Origin: Reclinomonas americana ATCC 50394
Taxonomy: Eukaryota
Length of the DNA stretch: 20,000 bases
Assembly: GCA_048213135.1 (NCBI GenBank)
Contig: PS015114.1
Location: 47,776 to 67,775 of the forward strand
Reading direction: 5' to 3'
The translations under genes and the position numbers were made by a program. Shown here piece by piece: positions 1 to 11,840 of this stretch (position 1 is its first letter; each line of letters opens with the position of its first letter). The notes beneath the pieces are model-generated. The model worked only from the letters and a program-made list of their open reading frames with translations. It was not told the DNA's origin and ran no database searches.

Positions 1-254
1 ATGGTGCTGCGCTGTTTCATCGTCGAGGATGCAGATGTCGTGAGGTGCCGTGTTGATCCAGCTGGGATGTTTTGGTGAGACACTGGTCTGTTTCCAGCTC
101 TCTGCGTGCCTATTCCGTGCAGGAGTTTGCTTTTGAACGAAATGTATTTTAACTGTTTTGCAGCTTCTCCCTTGTCTTGGCGGATGAGAACTGCTCTTCT
201 GCGCTTCTTGATACGATCAATATTCTTCCGTTTTTATGCAGATACAAGAGGAGA

Positions 255-2928
255 TTAACTTTCATTACGGTGAAACCATGAACGAGAAACATTAACAGGA
301 CCCTGAACTTCATCTTCTTCTTCTTCTTCCTCCTCCTTCTCTTCCTCCTCCTTGTCATCATCATAATCGTCGTCGTCATCGTCATAATCATCGTCGAAGT
401 AGTCATCCTCAAATCTTTCATGGTCGGGCTCGTCGCGGCCAAAGTCGTAGTCGAGGAGGAAGCGATCGCTGAACCGTCCAGCACCATTCTCCACTGCAAG
501 AATTGTGGAATGCAGTGAGAACAGGACGTAAGTGATGACACGCTGCGCAGTTTCAGTCACCATGGAATCGCCGCTCAAAGTCCTTTCGACTGTGTTGCGC
601 ACGATCTGGCCATTTCTTAACTGGAGCAGAGTAGTAGTCGCCGTAGTCTTCTTGGAGCTTATCACCTGGGTTGCACGAGACGCAGCGAAGATGATAATCA
701 GTATTCGGCATGCATCTTTCAACTGCACACACGCACACTCGCAAATAGCCGACACCAGAAGGTGTTGGTGCTCTCGGTTGAAGACGAGTTCCACAGGAGT
801 GCCGTTTCCCGTGCTCATCTCGTACCTGCGCGTGTTCGTCAGAGAGAACATCTCAGACAACAGACACGACGAGTGGTGGAGAACGAACGCCGGTGCGACC
901 GGACGCCGGAAGTCAATACAGCGGATGGACTGGCCCACACCAACGAAGGCGCAGAAACTGGTCTCCGAGTCGCCGAACAGCACTCCACCACTAGCCATGC
1001 CATCCATGTAGAGCGTGGCGACGGCGAGTGACGTGCGAAGATCAAACACCTTGACATAGCCGTCTGTGTACAACTCGATGATGAGAAAGCTGCGGCAGAG
1101 GCGCCATGAAGGGAACAACACACGACACTCACCTCGACCCACGCCAAGGAGGAGATGGGGGGACACTGTGCAAGACCAGATTGAGAAAGGAAAACGCCCT
1201 ACGATTGTGTTACTGGCGAGAGCGACGGACGTACATTGGAAATCCATGTGCAAGCTGTTTGCATGACAGCTGACAAAGCCCGACAAGACCTGCTGCACAA
1301 GCTGCCGTTCCACGTTGACCAAGCAGATGTGCCCCCCAGGCGACACTGCAATCACGTCAGCAGCAGGCGAGACAGGACAGGCAACACCTGAGGCACAGGA
1401 TAACAACATCAGCAGCACTCTCTAACGCGACTGCACAGACCACCGCCACCGCTCGCCTTCAGACTGCCGAAAAGAGGAGCTCGCTTCACCTCGCTCGATC
1501 CGAATGTCAAATGTAGTGTGCGGCCGGACGCCACGCCTACGCTGCATTGACGAGATAAATGTTGGCGAGGCACAAGTGAACAGGATGGGTGGCGCTCAAT
1601 CACCGTGCAATCTATCGCTTCCGAGCCACGTTTGTCAGCATCAACTCCTCCGTACGGCACACTGGAAAGTTGCTCCGGAACATCTTCCAGATTCCAGGTC
1701 ATGAAGCGCGCGTTGGAGTTGGCGATAAACACAGCCGTCAGTGTGTTTGCTGTCGGAATCAAAGCGGTGGGATTCTCCGCTTCCGCGAAGAGCACATGCT
1801 GGGGAAAAGTGTGGGAAAACGAGTCAGGCCGTACAGCTAGGGGAGGAGAGGGGAGAAGAGGGGAGGAGATGGGAGAGGAGAGGAGAGGAGAGGGAGAGGG
1901 AGAGAAGAGGGCCACTAATAAGGCAACACCTTCCAGGAAGCAACGCAACTTCGTTGTCGTACAGATCATCTTCGTCGACATCGGGGCCCACACGAAATGC
2001 GCGGATGCGCTGATCACCGGCAGCCCACAGTAGCTGGTTGGAGTTGTCAAAGAACACCTTGTTAACTGAGCCGGAGAAGCCACTCTCGAGTTCATCGGAC
2101 TCCGAGAGCTGCAAGACGGCAAGCGAAAATAAGTGAGCAGGGGTATACGCACAGAAGACTGGGAACAGACTCTGTCGGCACACATGGATAGATAGAGAAT
2201 ACTTGCACAGCTGATACATGCAGCTTGCTGAGAGATTGACAAAACTTCAATGAATCACACACGCTGCAACGCACACACACACACAACTGGTATCTACTGT
2301 CGACTACCAACAAGTCTAGTGTGCTAACACGAGGGAAGGCGAGCTCTGAAAAATCAACGTGTCCACACCTGGCCCGTTCTCTCCCCTCTTCAAACCGAGA
2401 ATCAAACACGAATGCCGCGGTTTGTTGAAAGACATAAACCTCCACTGATCAGACTACACAATGAGCATCTGCCTCGACGCGTTCTCTGGTCCCTCTCAAT
2501 CAAGAGAATCAAACACGCAAGCCAAAAGAATTCTTACTGATAGATAGACAGAACTACCTTGCGATATGATCTACCAGTGAGCACCAATAACCGTTGTCTG
2601 CATCAGGGACTGAATGCTCTGGCAACAAATGCTTCTGTGGCCAAGCGCGTAAAGGATGCCTGCACAGTGGTCTCGCCTCATCTCTCTCTCTCTCTCACTC
2701 CTCACTGTTTTGCTGCTCGCTCTCTCACAGCAAGGCGAACACACTTGGCGACAATATTCAGTCAACCTCTCTACTCAATGGCAATACGTAACAGTGGCCG
2801 GGCCCCCCTCATGTTCTTGTAAAAGTGTGTACACGGCCAACTGCGCATCACGGTCCTTGTAGCCACCCTGTGCGACAGTCGGCGTTGAGCGACAAACGCT
2901 CCCCCCCCCCCCCCCCCTTCCCCCCTCA

Positions 2929-2960
<32 letters not shown>

Positions 2961-4333
2961 GCAGCAGCAGCAGCATGCACGCAAACCATTCCACCGCATA
3001 CCACAATGTCCCCGGCTGAGTGAAGTGCCGCCAAACCAGGTTCCGGAATCCATCGGGTGAAGTACTCGGCGCGGAGTGCACGAGAAAATGGCCGGGACAC
3101 ATCGGCAGTGGTGTCTGCGTACCGAGGGGCACCACGTAAGACAACGACGCGACAGAGACAGGCACAGCTGGGTCTTGTGTGTGGCGAACTTCGGCGAGTG
3201 TACGAGTCGGCGAACCGACAGAGCGGGGAGGCGAATGGCGACACACCGGCCTTGGTGCCTCGCACCCACTGCACACATATGGAGGGGGAACAAGTGTCAC
3301 ACATAGAGCGGCGGCTACTCAAAAGCAAGGATAGACAGCACCTTGCCCTTCCGGATCCCAGGGTCGGGTTTAGGTTGCACGTGTTCGCGAAGCAAGTCCA
3401 GGTTAACCTGAGGGTAGAGCACGCAGAGGAGGACCAACAAATCCTCGAGCGTACCGCCGGCCACGAGGGGCAGGGAAGGGAAGCGAGCAGTCAGGTCGAC
3501 TGGCTCGCCTTCCAGTGCATGAATGTTGGCATAGGCCTCCTCGGTGGGCATGTCACGATGATTTCTGAAAAGGGCCTCGAACTGCGTGACAATGGCGTTC
3601 CGGCGAGACAGAACGGCGATCATCTGGTCGATGAGTTCGCTCAACCGCCTGTGTGCGGAAGAATGAGACAACTGGAGAATGTCAAGCGAAGAAAGTAAGA
3701 AGGAAAGCAAGCAGGCAAGAAAGAATAAGTGTGGAAGAGAGGGAGAGAGAGAGAAAGAATACAGAGACAACAGAGTGGCGACAAAAGAGTAGAAAGCTGT
3801 GTGCAGCGCAGAATAAGAGACAACCAAGTGGCGACAGACGCTCAACTTTTTCTGCTCCTCCGACGGTTCCGCATCGCCCACCGCCGCCACCAACTCGCTC
3901 CACCCACGCCACAGATCCGCAAACTCATTTTCCACCGCCATCAGCAGCTCGCGCACTCGTGTTGGTGTGGAGCCACTGCCCGAAGCAAGGGAGGTACCGG
4001 AGACATCACTGCCTGAAGCGACGGACGCAGCAGAGACGCCACTGCCAGATGCAGCGGGGCTGGATCCGGAACCAGCAGCCACTGTGGAGCCACTGCCTGA
4101 AGCAACGGAGGCAGCAGAGACGCCACTGCCTGATGCAGCGGACGCAGAGTCCACTGTGGAACTTTTTCTGCACAACGATGAGAACACGCAATCGAAAGTC
4201 AGCAATGCGAGTGATGAGAGAGAGAGAGAGAGAGAGAGAGAATGTGTGTGTGTGTGTGTGTATGCGAGAGAGAGAGTGTGAGAGCAAGAGAGAGCGCTGC
4301 GAGAGCAAACCCTTTATTCTTTCGTGGTGGCAT
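255..4333 (-). CDS. Multi-exon WD40/beta-propeller-like protein with Ser/Gly/Ala-rich N-terminal repeats and an acidic C-terminal tail; 3' end uncertain
   Basis: ATG at 4333 (MPPRKNKG|KSSTVD). Frame-consistent GT-AG joins: introns 4168-4310, 3649-3846, 2109-2792 (EGGPAT|LSESDE), a donor at 1949 (DNE|HVLF) and a last join ERRFH|VENGAG. Propeller-like segments: VNKVFFDNSNQLLWAAGDQRIRAF, FMTWNLED, TDGYVKVFDLR, IRCIDFR. Not all internal exons were mapped, and a further intron could extend the gene past 255. Confidence 0.65.
310..405 (-). repeat. Coding trinucleotide runs (GAT/GAC/GAA/GAG) encoding a poly-Asp/Glu tail
   Basis: tca/tcg/tct/tcc runs on +; translation DDDYDDDDDDYDDDKEEEEKEEEEEEED. 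Confidence 0.85.
2901..2975. repeat. Compound intronic microsatellite: poly-C, (CT)n, (CA)n, (CAG)n
   Basis: Directly visible. Confidence 0.9.
3965..4150 (-). repeat. Imperfect coding tandem repeat (ASGSGVSAASVASGS-type units)
   Basis: Recurrent ccactgcc(t/c)ga(a/t)gc units on +; peptide AASGSGVSAASVASGS occurs twice. Confidence 0.85.
4216..4292. repeat. Intronic (GA)n/(TG)n microsatellite
   Basis: Directly visible, inside intron 4168-4310. Confidence 0.9.
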
Positions 4334-4664
4334 TGGATCGGAAGTTGTGCGCGACAAGAATCATTTCAGTGTCGACATGTCCAGACGATCTCTCAAGCCT
4401 TCCTTCCTGTTTCTCGATGGTCGACGCACGTGCACTTAGCGCTGCGGTCGCGGGAGGCACGTCATTCATCAACGCCACAACAAAATGTCAATAATCGTTG
4501 GCAAAGTTCTTGCTCGCGATCGGCCGCGGCACTGCGACCTCGCTGTCGCCTCATTCCAGTGTTCTTCTCTCTCTTTTTTTTTTTTTGCTGCTCTTCTCTT
4601 CATCCTGCACCTGTATCGTAATTGTACTTCCTTCGCGAGCAAATATCCGTGATATCAACCAATC

Positions 4665-6714
4665 ATGCCTCCCCGCGCGCCTCCCTTACTGCTCCTCCTC
4701 CTCCTCGCTCTCCTCGCATTGCCACACACTAGTGCCCACGCCACCACACTCACCGACGCCGACTTGCACGATGCACTCGACTTGTTGCGTCATGTCTAAC
4801 CCCACTCATACATCTCTTTTGACTCACACCGCACGCAGTCTGACTGCACACCAAGAGGACACCAGTGTGCCTCTACGCGCAGTGGAAGCACAGCTGGAAA
4901 CCGTCTGCAGCGTTGGTGCATGCCTCTGTCTCTTCTCTTTCGGTTTCCGACACACATCTCTCCCTCAATCACTCCACTCTCTCACAGTGCAATCCTTCGA
5001 GTTGTCATGCGAGGATCACAAAGTGGCCACACCGAGTGGCTTCAACGTCGCCATGCATCGCGTTCGCGAGCAGGGCAGCGGTGAACAGAAGGATGCGCCA
5101 GTGGGTGCGTTCTTTTGAGGTTGTTGTTTGCACCTGGTGACTCACAGAGGACACAGTGTTGATGCTGCATGGTGTGTCTGCGTCGGCGTTTGCGTGGACG
5201 GCATTGTCGAGAGAGTATTCGCTGCTCGTGTCGCTCGTCAAGGCCGGATTTGAGGGTGCGTCGTGACCCGGCAACTGCAATGGCAGTGGCGCTCATGCTT
5301 CTCGGTTGCAGTGTGGCTCCTGAACGACAGAGGTACAGACGCCAGCAGGGATGCCAACGCGAACTGGGATACCGGTTCGTCTCCTCCCTACGTGCTTTTC
5401 CGTTCCACAACCTCATGCATCGTGCAGACGAGTACTGGGCATTCTCTGCCGACGACATGGCACTTGTGGATTTGCCGGCGGCCATCAAGTACGCGCTGGA
5501 GGTGTCGAAGCAGGCGACCTTGTCGGTTGTGGGCCACTCGCAGGGCGGCATGCAGGGTTTCATGTGTTTCACTCGCAACCCCGACAACATTGCCAGCAAA
5601 GTCGTTGCGTTTCTATTTTTTTCACGGCCCTGGTGCAGTGTGGTCATCGCCTCCACCCCTCATCTCTTCTGTCGTGTCTCCAGAATCTCTTTGTGGCCCT
5701 GGCCCCGGCCACATATATTGGCCACGTCGGTGAGTGGCTCACTCCCTCTCACCCTCCGCCTTTGAGGGATCTCACCGCGCGGCGCAGATTCGCTGCTGTT
5801 GCGCGGCATGGCTCGCCTCTCCACCAAGCTCATCTACGCGGCACTCGGCCGTCGCGGTGTCTTGACCGACAGCACCATGATGGCGCGCATCGCTCCATCG
5901 TTCTGTCGGGCACACCAGAAGCTGTGTCGCGGCGGCGTCTGTTCACTGGCCGGCTGCGAGGACATTGAGGTGCGCGTGCTAATGTTGGAGGCTGAGTTTG
6001 CAAGATAAGTGTGGGGGGCACTCACTCCTCGAGGCAGGAGTTCGATCCGTTGCGGCTGGCCTTTGTTTTCCGACATTATCCAGCGGCCACCAGTGTGCGC
6101 AATTTGGTCCGTCTAAAGCAGGCCATTGCCACTGACAAGTTCCAGGTGCTCCGCGCTGCAGTGCGTTGCCCACCGATCAGGGAAAGCACTCACTCCACCT
6201 CGATTGTTGCAGATGTACGACTTTGAGAATGCGAAACTAGTGAGGCGACTCCCTCTGTCTGCCCTGTTTTTTCTTCTGCTGCCCTCATTGCTCCCCGCTG
6301 CGCAGAACCAGCAAGCGTACGGCCAGGGCACACCTCCACAGTACGACCTGAGCCAGCTGGCTGTCAAGACCGCCGTCTTTTACGGCGGCCGCGACAAGAT
6401 GACCGGTTCGTCTCCCTCCTCTCCTCATCCCATCATCGCATGCACGCTGCGCTCACCCTCCAGCAACAGCGCTGGTCGACATTGAACGAGCGCTGGCGGA
6501 GATGCCACCCACCAAGGTCATCTACACGCAGCAGAACAGCAAGTTCGGGCACGGCAGTCACGTGTGGGGTCAGCGATCCGCCACCAAGGTCTATCCAACG
6601 ATCGTCCGACTGCTGCGCGATGCATTGCCTCCACCGCCACCACCAGCACCCTCCACCGCCATAATCAAGCACGAAAAGCTCCACAAGAAGAAGCCTTCCT
6701 TGTCGTCGTCATAA
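4665..6714 (+). CDS. Acid lipase family alpha/beta hydrolase (lysosomal acid lipase/gastric lipase-like) with signal peptide, about 12 exons
   Basis: Signal peptide MPPRAPPLLLLLLLALLALPHTSA from ATG 4665. Spliced motifs: CEDHKVATPSGFNVAMHRV, VLMLHG, GFEVWLLNDRG, EYWAFSADDMALVDLPAAI, GHSQG (nucleophile Ser), LFVALAP, PAATSVRN, FQMYDF, PPQYDL, YGGRD (Asp), FGHGSHVWG (His). TAA ends at 6714. Confidence 0.93.
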
Positions 6715-6747
6715 AACAACACTGTACTACAACTCCTCCTCACGAAA

Positions 6748-7014
6748 TCACTCTGCGCCACTCGCCGCTCGTCGAATCTCCTTGACAACCACAGCCAGTG
6801 CTTCCGGGTTGACACCGGCCTCGCACAGTGAGACGAGCACTGCAAGAGTCTCGCGATCGAGCCCTGTGTTCAACAGGCGCGAGATCTCATGGACAACTGA
6901 CACAAGGGAATCGTCAGTTGCACTGTGTGTGTGAGAGCGAGCAAAAGAACAGCGCGCACACCACACGCAACTCTCCAGTGCCTCACGTGCTTCACTGACA
7001 CTTCCACTCTCCAT
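6748..7014 (-). CDS. MZT1: Mitotic-spindle organizing protein 1 (MOZART1/GIP1), 2 exons
   Basis: [57 protein letters not shown] with hallmark LLNTGLD and GVNPEALA; intron 6897-6971. Confidence 0.95.
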   Translation of the reverse strand: MESGSVSEAREALESCVWCARCSFARSHTHSATDDSLVSVVHEISRLLNTGLDRETLAVLVSLCEAGVNPEALAVVVKEIRRAASGAE

Positions 7015-7076
7015 TCGCGCGCGTGTGTGAGTGAGATAAGAAGGGCGCGAAATCCATCCACTCGATAGAGGAGGCA
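7015..7076. promoter_or_regulatory. Putative very short bidirectional promoter/5' UTR region
   Basis: 62 nt between divergent ATGs at 7014 (-) and 7077 (+); inferred from geometry only. Confidence 0.45.
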
Positions 7077-8810
7077 ATGGTGGCGGAGAGCAGGAGAAGG
7101 ACCACGCAAACAGCGCAGTTTGTGGGCCTCCTCTCTGGCCTTGTGACGCACATATGTGTGTGGTTTGTGTGGCTGTCGCCTCGTGAGGACACCGATCAGT
7201 CATGGCTGTTCAGACTGATCGTGGCGTTCTTGTGGTGGGCGCACCTGGCCTTCATGGTACGCACACACACACTAGCAGCACAGTTGTTGAGTATGNNNNN
7301 NNNNNNNNNNNNNNNNNNNNNNNNNNNNNNNNNNNNNNNNNNNNNNNNNNNNNNNNNNNNNNNNNNNNNNNNNNNNNNNNNACAGGCACGATTGCGCTGC
7401 AGCTGACTTTCTTTTGACTTACATCGCTCCCTTGTGTGTGTAGCCTGTGCATCTTCGTGTTCCTGTTCTCGCGCTCCGTCGGCCTGACTCTGTACCACGA
7501 AGTGCACCGCGCCGCCGGTGTTCCCGGTGGAGACGTGGTCATCTTTGTGCTGGCGTCACTCATCGGGCTGCTCGTTGAACACGAAATGCCCGACGTGTTT
7601 GGGGCGGCAACCACGCTGGTGATTCCGACGCTGGTGCTGGGCATGGCGGCGCTAGGCGCCTCGCAACTCCCCGAGTACCTAATGAGATTGCGAGTTGCGT
7701 GACTCTCGCACGCTGCGCTCTGCACTCAGCGCTTTGTCGTCCATTCAACAGTAACAACAGGGTCAACCGCCTTCGCTGCTGGCCGTTGGCGCCTTCTTGG
7801 CCGCCGTCATGTGGTGGCACACGCACTTTCCGCTGGTGGATCCGACATTTTTCTGGTCGCACACCATATTCGTGCACAACCTCGTGCTCTTCCAGTGGGT
7901 CATTGCGTGCGTGCTGCTGCTCTCCTTTGCCGTGTTGCCGGTCATGGTGGCCACTCTGGGGCTTTTGTTGACGGCGCCGTATGCGTCCTCGCTGGTGTTC
8001 ACGCCGACCAAGAGTTGCGCGCGTTGCAGTCGCCGTCGTTGTAGTTTTTTGGTGCCTGACACGCACACAGCGTGGTGGCTGGCCATGCCGTCGATGGTGT
8101 GCTTCTGGATGTTTGCATTCTTGCTGTGTGTGCTGCCGGTGGCCGTGATGTACTTGCACTTGGCGAGCCCACGCATTCGCCACCGCGTTGACGACACGTG
8201 CCGGTGGTTGTCGGGGGTGGTGAGCATAGATGACCTCCAATGCACACGCTCACGCTCCGCACCCCACAAGGCAGACTCACACCGTCTCATCCATGTGTAG
8301 CCTGCAGCGGCGTTTGGACACAACGGCAACTTGCCGCTGCTGTGCTCGTGGCTGGCGGTCGTGTGCTTTGCGTTTGTGTACTTTTTCGTCAGCGACGTGC
8401 CAGTTTCATGTTGCGTCCGGGGCTACGTCTGCACGCAGAGGGAGTACTTGTTGTTGTCGCTGACGTGCCACTGGTGGTGGGTAGTGGCGGAGACGAGCGG
8501 TGAGGCAGACATTATGCTGATGCCGAGTTGCGTACAAATTTTCATCTTTGTCTCTTTGGCCACCACAACACTGACAAGAAAGTGGTTCATGTGCACGACA
8601 GCATCTCTCCGTTCCGGCTTCCTGTGGAGTGTATTACCGCTTCACGAATCGCTCCTGTTCGACCATCGACTCCGCACCTGCGGCCTGATCTCTGGCATCA
8701 CACTGTTTGTCGTGTCCACAGCTTGGAGCATTTTCTCTCGCGCCCAACAGTTGCATTAGCGCGGGTGACACTCGTTAGTCGATGTGGTCANNNNNNNNNN
8801 NNNNNNNNNN

Positions 8811-8892
<82 letters not shown>

Positions 8893-11010
8893 CCCACAGG
8901 GCAAGCCAAGTGGTACCGCGGAAAAATCAGCAGCATCCACCTGCTGCAGAGATTACGATGGTCGGGCGTGGCCACGCTGCTATTCTTCCACATCTTGCTG
9001 GCACTCGTTGTCGACTATCCGTATTTTGGCGTCGAATTGCCGCTGCACGCCGACGGCGTTAGCATTCGTTGCGCTAGTGGACCGCCCATCTGTCTTTGTC
9101 GCACGGGCACGTGGTGCTGACAAGAGTGATCTGGCAGACTGGGGTGCTCTGCTACAGTTCGACATGTCTTCGGTCCGCGTGTTGCTTGTGGTGCTGCGCG
9201 AGTTCGTGTACTGCCCTTCCACTGAGGTTCTGGTTTACACGCTGCTGGTTGGTGCGCTGCAAAATGTCAAGGGCACCAGCCTGTACGTGCCGGTGGACTC
9301 GCGGACGGTGCCTGTGCGCCAAGTGTTTGACAAGCTGCGCGGAGCGCACCACCGTGCCCTGCCGACTGGAGACAGCAAGACACTCGAGAGCGCCGAAAAG
9401 ACAGCAGCACCATTGGCGGTCTCCACGCTGCACGCCTACTGCTGGAGCCGGACGCTGTCGTCGTCCCGAGGTGCGTGATTGCCATGTTGGTCGACTTGCG
9501 ACCCTCCATCCATGTGACCGCGCGCCACCACAGCTGCTCACATGACCCCGGCGTTGGCCGCCGACGACCTGCCCAACATTCGCAAAGATCGTCCGGTGCT
9601 GCAGAGCAAGGTTCACATGCGTGCTTCACGAGTGAGTCGACCAAAGAAATGAGTTGGCTGACGGCTTTCTGTTGTGGGTGGGATTGCGGTGCAGACTTTT
9701 GTGCTGTACGTGTCGCTGTCGGCTGCCTGGCTGCTGAGTCTGGTCCTGCACGGCCCGCGCTTCAAGTGGACGCTCTTCCTGCTCAGCGTTCAGCTCATGC
9801 AGCTGCTGATTGCAATCAATGCCGGCCTGTCGCAAGAGTTCCGCAGCCAATACTCGCCACCATGTTGCGTGCAGCTGCGCGTCATGCTGTGTCACTTGTT
9901 GTGTGCGACTCATCATCTGCGACGACGCATCAGGGCTTGCCGTGATGCCGAAGCACGTGTGGCGGCCTCTACTTGTCGTGCCCGTCATGTTTGTGTGCAT
10001 GATTGGCCTGTTTTTGCTGCCGCTGACCGTGCTGCCGCGTGAGCACGATTGGGCGCCACTGATCCAAGCCATGGAGATCATCTCCATCCTCGTACAAATC
10101 GCGCTGTGGGTGTGCATGTCGCGACTTGTCCGCTACGTGCGTTGCTGTGTGATTTATACCACACCGTGCATGAGTGAGTAATCTAATGAGTGTGTGCGTA
10201 TCACAGTCGTCGGGGCTGGTGGTTGTCGGCACCGCATTGCAGCTGCTGGGCACCGAGAAGCTGGCAGGCGTGGTGCTTCTCCTTGACAGTTTTCCTGCTC
10301 GACTGTGGTTGCTGTTGCGCAATAATTTGTCGCGCTCCTCACCAACTTCTAGATGTATCTGAACTTGTTGGCTTTCTTCGCAGCATCACGATTCTCGTGG
10401 CCTACACGTACGCATGCCCCACACTCGTCAGCAACTGGTTTGTTTCACTTGAATTTCAAAGTGAGGCGTCATTCAGTGCATTCGTTGTGTCTCACTGGTG
10501 TTATTGTTGTTGTTGCGACGCAGGGCCTGCATGTGGCCGCGGATAAAAACGGGTGCCGACACGATCGCTCACCACCTCACCACGGCGTTCTTCGCCTCCA
10601 TGATACTGCTCTACCACCTGCTGTACTTCCTGCTCGACGAGCCCTTCATCGCCCTTGTCGTGCAAATGTTGATGTGCCACTTTGTGATCATGTGGTACAG
10701 CTCGTTGTCGTCGCGGCTGATGAGCGCAGCCGAGGTGCCGGATGCCGAACTGCAACGACGCAGTCGGCACTTGGTGCTGCTGGTGGCCCTCGCAGCAGCC
10801 TCCACGTGCTCCCTGTTCTTGGTTGCCCTCCTGCTGAGTGTGTCAAACACTCATAGGAGTCTGTTGCCGCGTGAGCGCGCGGCCGCTAGCACTCGCTTCC
10901 TGTTTATCAGCACCGCTCTCTGGTCACTCCTGCTTGGCCTGGCGGCAAATGCGTATTCTGACCGGCCACTCTTGGACCCATACCACTGGATGGCGTATGA
11001 CTTTGTATAA
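7077..11010 (+). CDS. Multi-exon, multi-pass membrane protein of unknown family (could be more than one gene; interrupted by two gaps)
   Basis: Succession of hydrophobic exons ([84 protein letters not shown]) separated by short GT-AG introns; final TAA at 11010 followed by AT-rich sequence. Exon phases around 8750-8900 unresolved. Confidence 0.6.
7296..7381. other. Assembly gap (N run)
   Basis: Ns. Confidence 1.
8791..8810. other. Assembly gap (N run)
   Basis: Ns. Confidence 1.
8811..8890. repeat. (CT)n microsatellite, intronic
   Basis: Directly visible. Confidence 0.95.
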
Positions 11011-11198
11011 TTGAATGAATGAAAATTAATTGACAAAACGAAATTAAAACACGAGCGCGCTCGATTCATTACAGCTCATTAGGGATTCGAGCGCAATCGA
11101 CTCCTGCATCAAAAAGGAGACAAATTTTAGGAAGGCAAGCGATTCCCACAAGCAATACTAGGAGATGAATCAAAGAGGAGGCGGTGGTGGCACACACA

Positions 11199-11273
11199 CA
11201 TATCAGAATTAAAAAGCTCGGTTTTCTTCTTCAGAGACGAATCTCGGAGTCGGATTGAGTTATCATCACACTA
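11199..11273 (-). ncRNA. SNORD36: Box C/D snoRNA, U36/snR47-equivalent (SSU rRNA; yeast Am619/human Am668 site)
   Basis: C box GTGATGA (11263-11269), D box CTGA (11203-11206). Guide CGAGCTTTTTAA is complementary to SSU GUUAAAAAGCUCG; the D+5 rule selects the first A. Confidence 0.9.
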
Positions 11274-11509
11274 TTGTAGTGTGCGCCGAGGAAGAAAGAG
11301 AGAGCGGAGGGAGAGAAGGAAAGAAAATGAGCTACACTATGTGTGGTCAAACTCACATTGTGGAGTCATCCATCCGTTCACCGTCGTGCAGTCATCGCGC
11401 AGGCATCTCTCGTTGGCCTGCGACGTGGAACACGCGAACCAAAGAGAAGAACGGATTAGTTATGAGAACGGTGACCAGTGGCGAACCCCGTGTACAACTC
11501 AAGGTAAAA

Positions 11510-11625
11510 GAGGGTCAGAGTAACTATGACTGACCAAGGGCGCACATGCAGTCTACTACCAAAACGGTAGCAGATATGGTCCGCATTACCAAGGTTGCTT
11601 TGCAACAGTGGGTCATCTCTCCCTC
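11510..11625 (-). ncRNA. SNORD46: Box C/D snoRNA, U46/snR63-equivalent (LSU helix 69; yeast Am2256/human Am3739 site)
   Basis: Terminal stem GAGGG/CCCTC, variant C box GAGATGA (11613-11619), D box (11515-11518). The 13-nt guide AGTCATAGTTACT is complementary to LSU AGUAACUAUGACU; D+5 selects GUA[A]CU. Internal hairpins present. Confidence 0.9.
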
Positions 11626-11840
11626 CACAAACATGACACAACTCTATGCACGACACAACACAACACATCTCCCCTGTTGCTAATGCCTGCTCACCTTCGC
11701 GACTGCGGGGCAGAGGAGGTCGAGTCGAGCAACACGTCCACACATCGACCGGCCGCATTGCTGTGCAACAGGAAACACAATTGTGAGCACATCGTGTCTG
11801 CGACAAGAGGCACGTGGTGCACTGCTCAGTGTGGTGCTCT

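Noticed and set aside
1-250. Possible additional - strand exon(s), e.g. WINTAPHDICILDD
   Set aside because: No supportable splice path or homology within the window.
495-560. Apparent frameshift or in-frame TGA after KDFERRFHGD, suggesting a pseudogene or recoded stop
   Set aside because: Resolved by a phase-1 GTGACT...GCAG intron giving RFHVENGAG.
3057-4621. Long + strand ORFs (213 and 322 aa)
   Set aside because: Antisense shadows of the - strand gene with no recognisable motifs.
11138-11151. GTGGGAATC copy of the U79-like guide in the last host intron
   Set aside because: Only 9 nt, with no flanking C/D boxes; likely chance.
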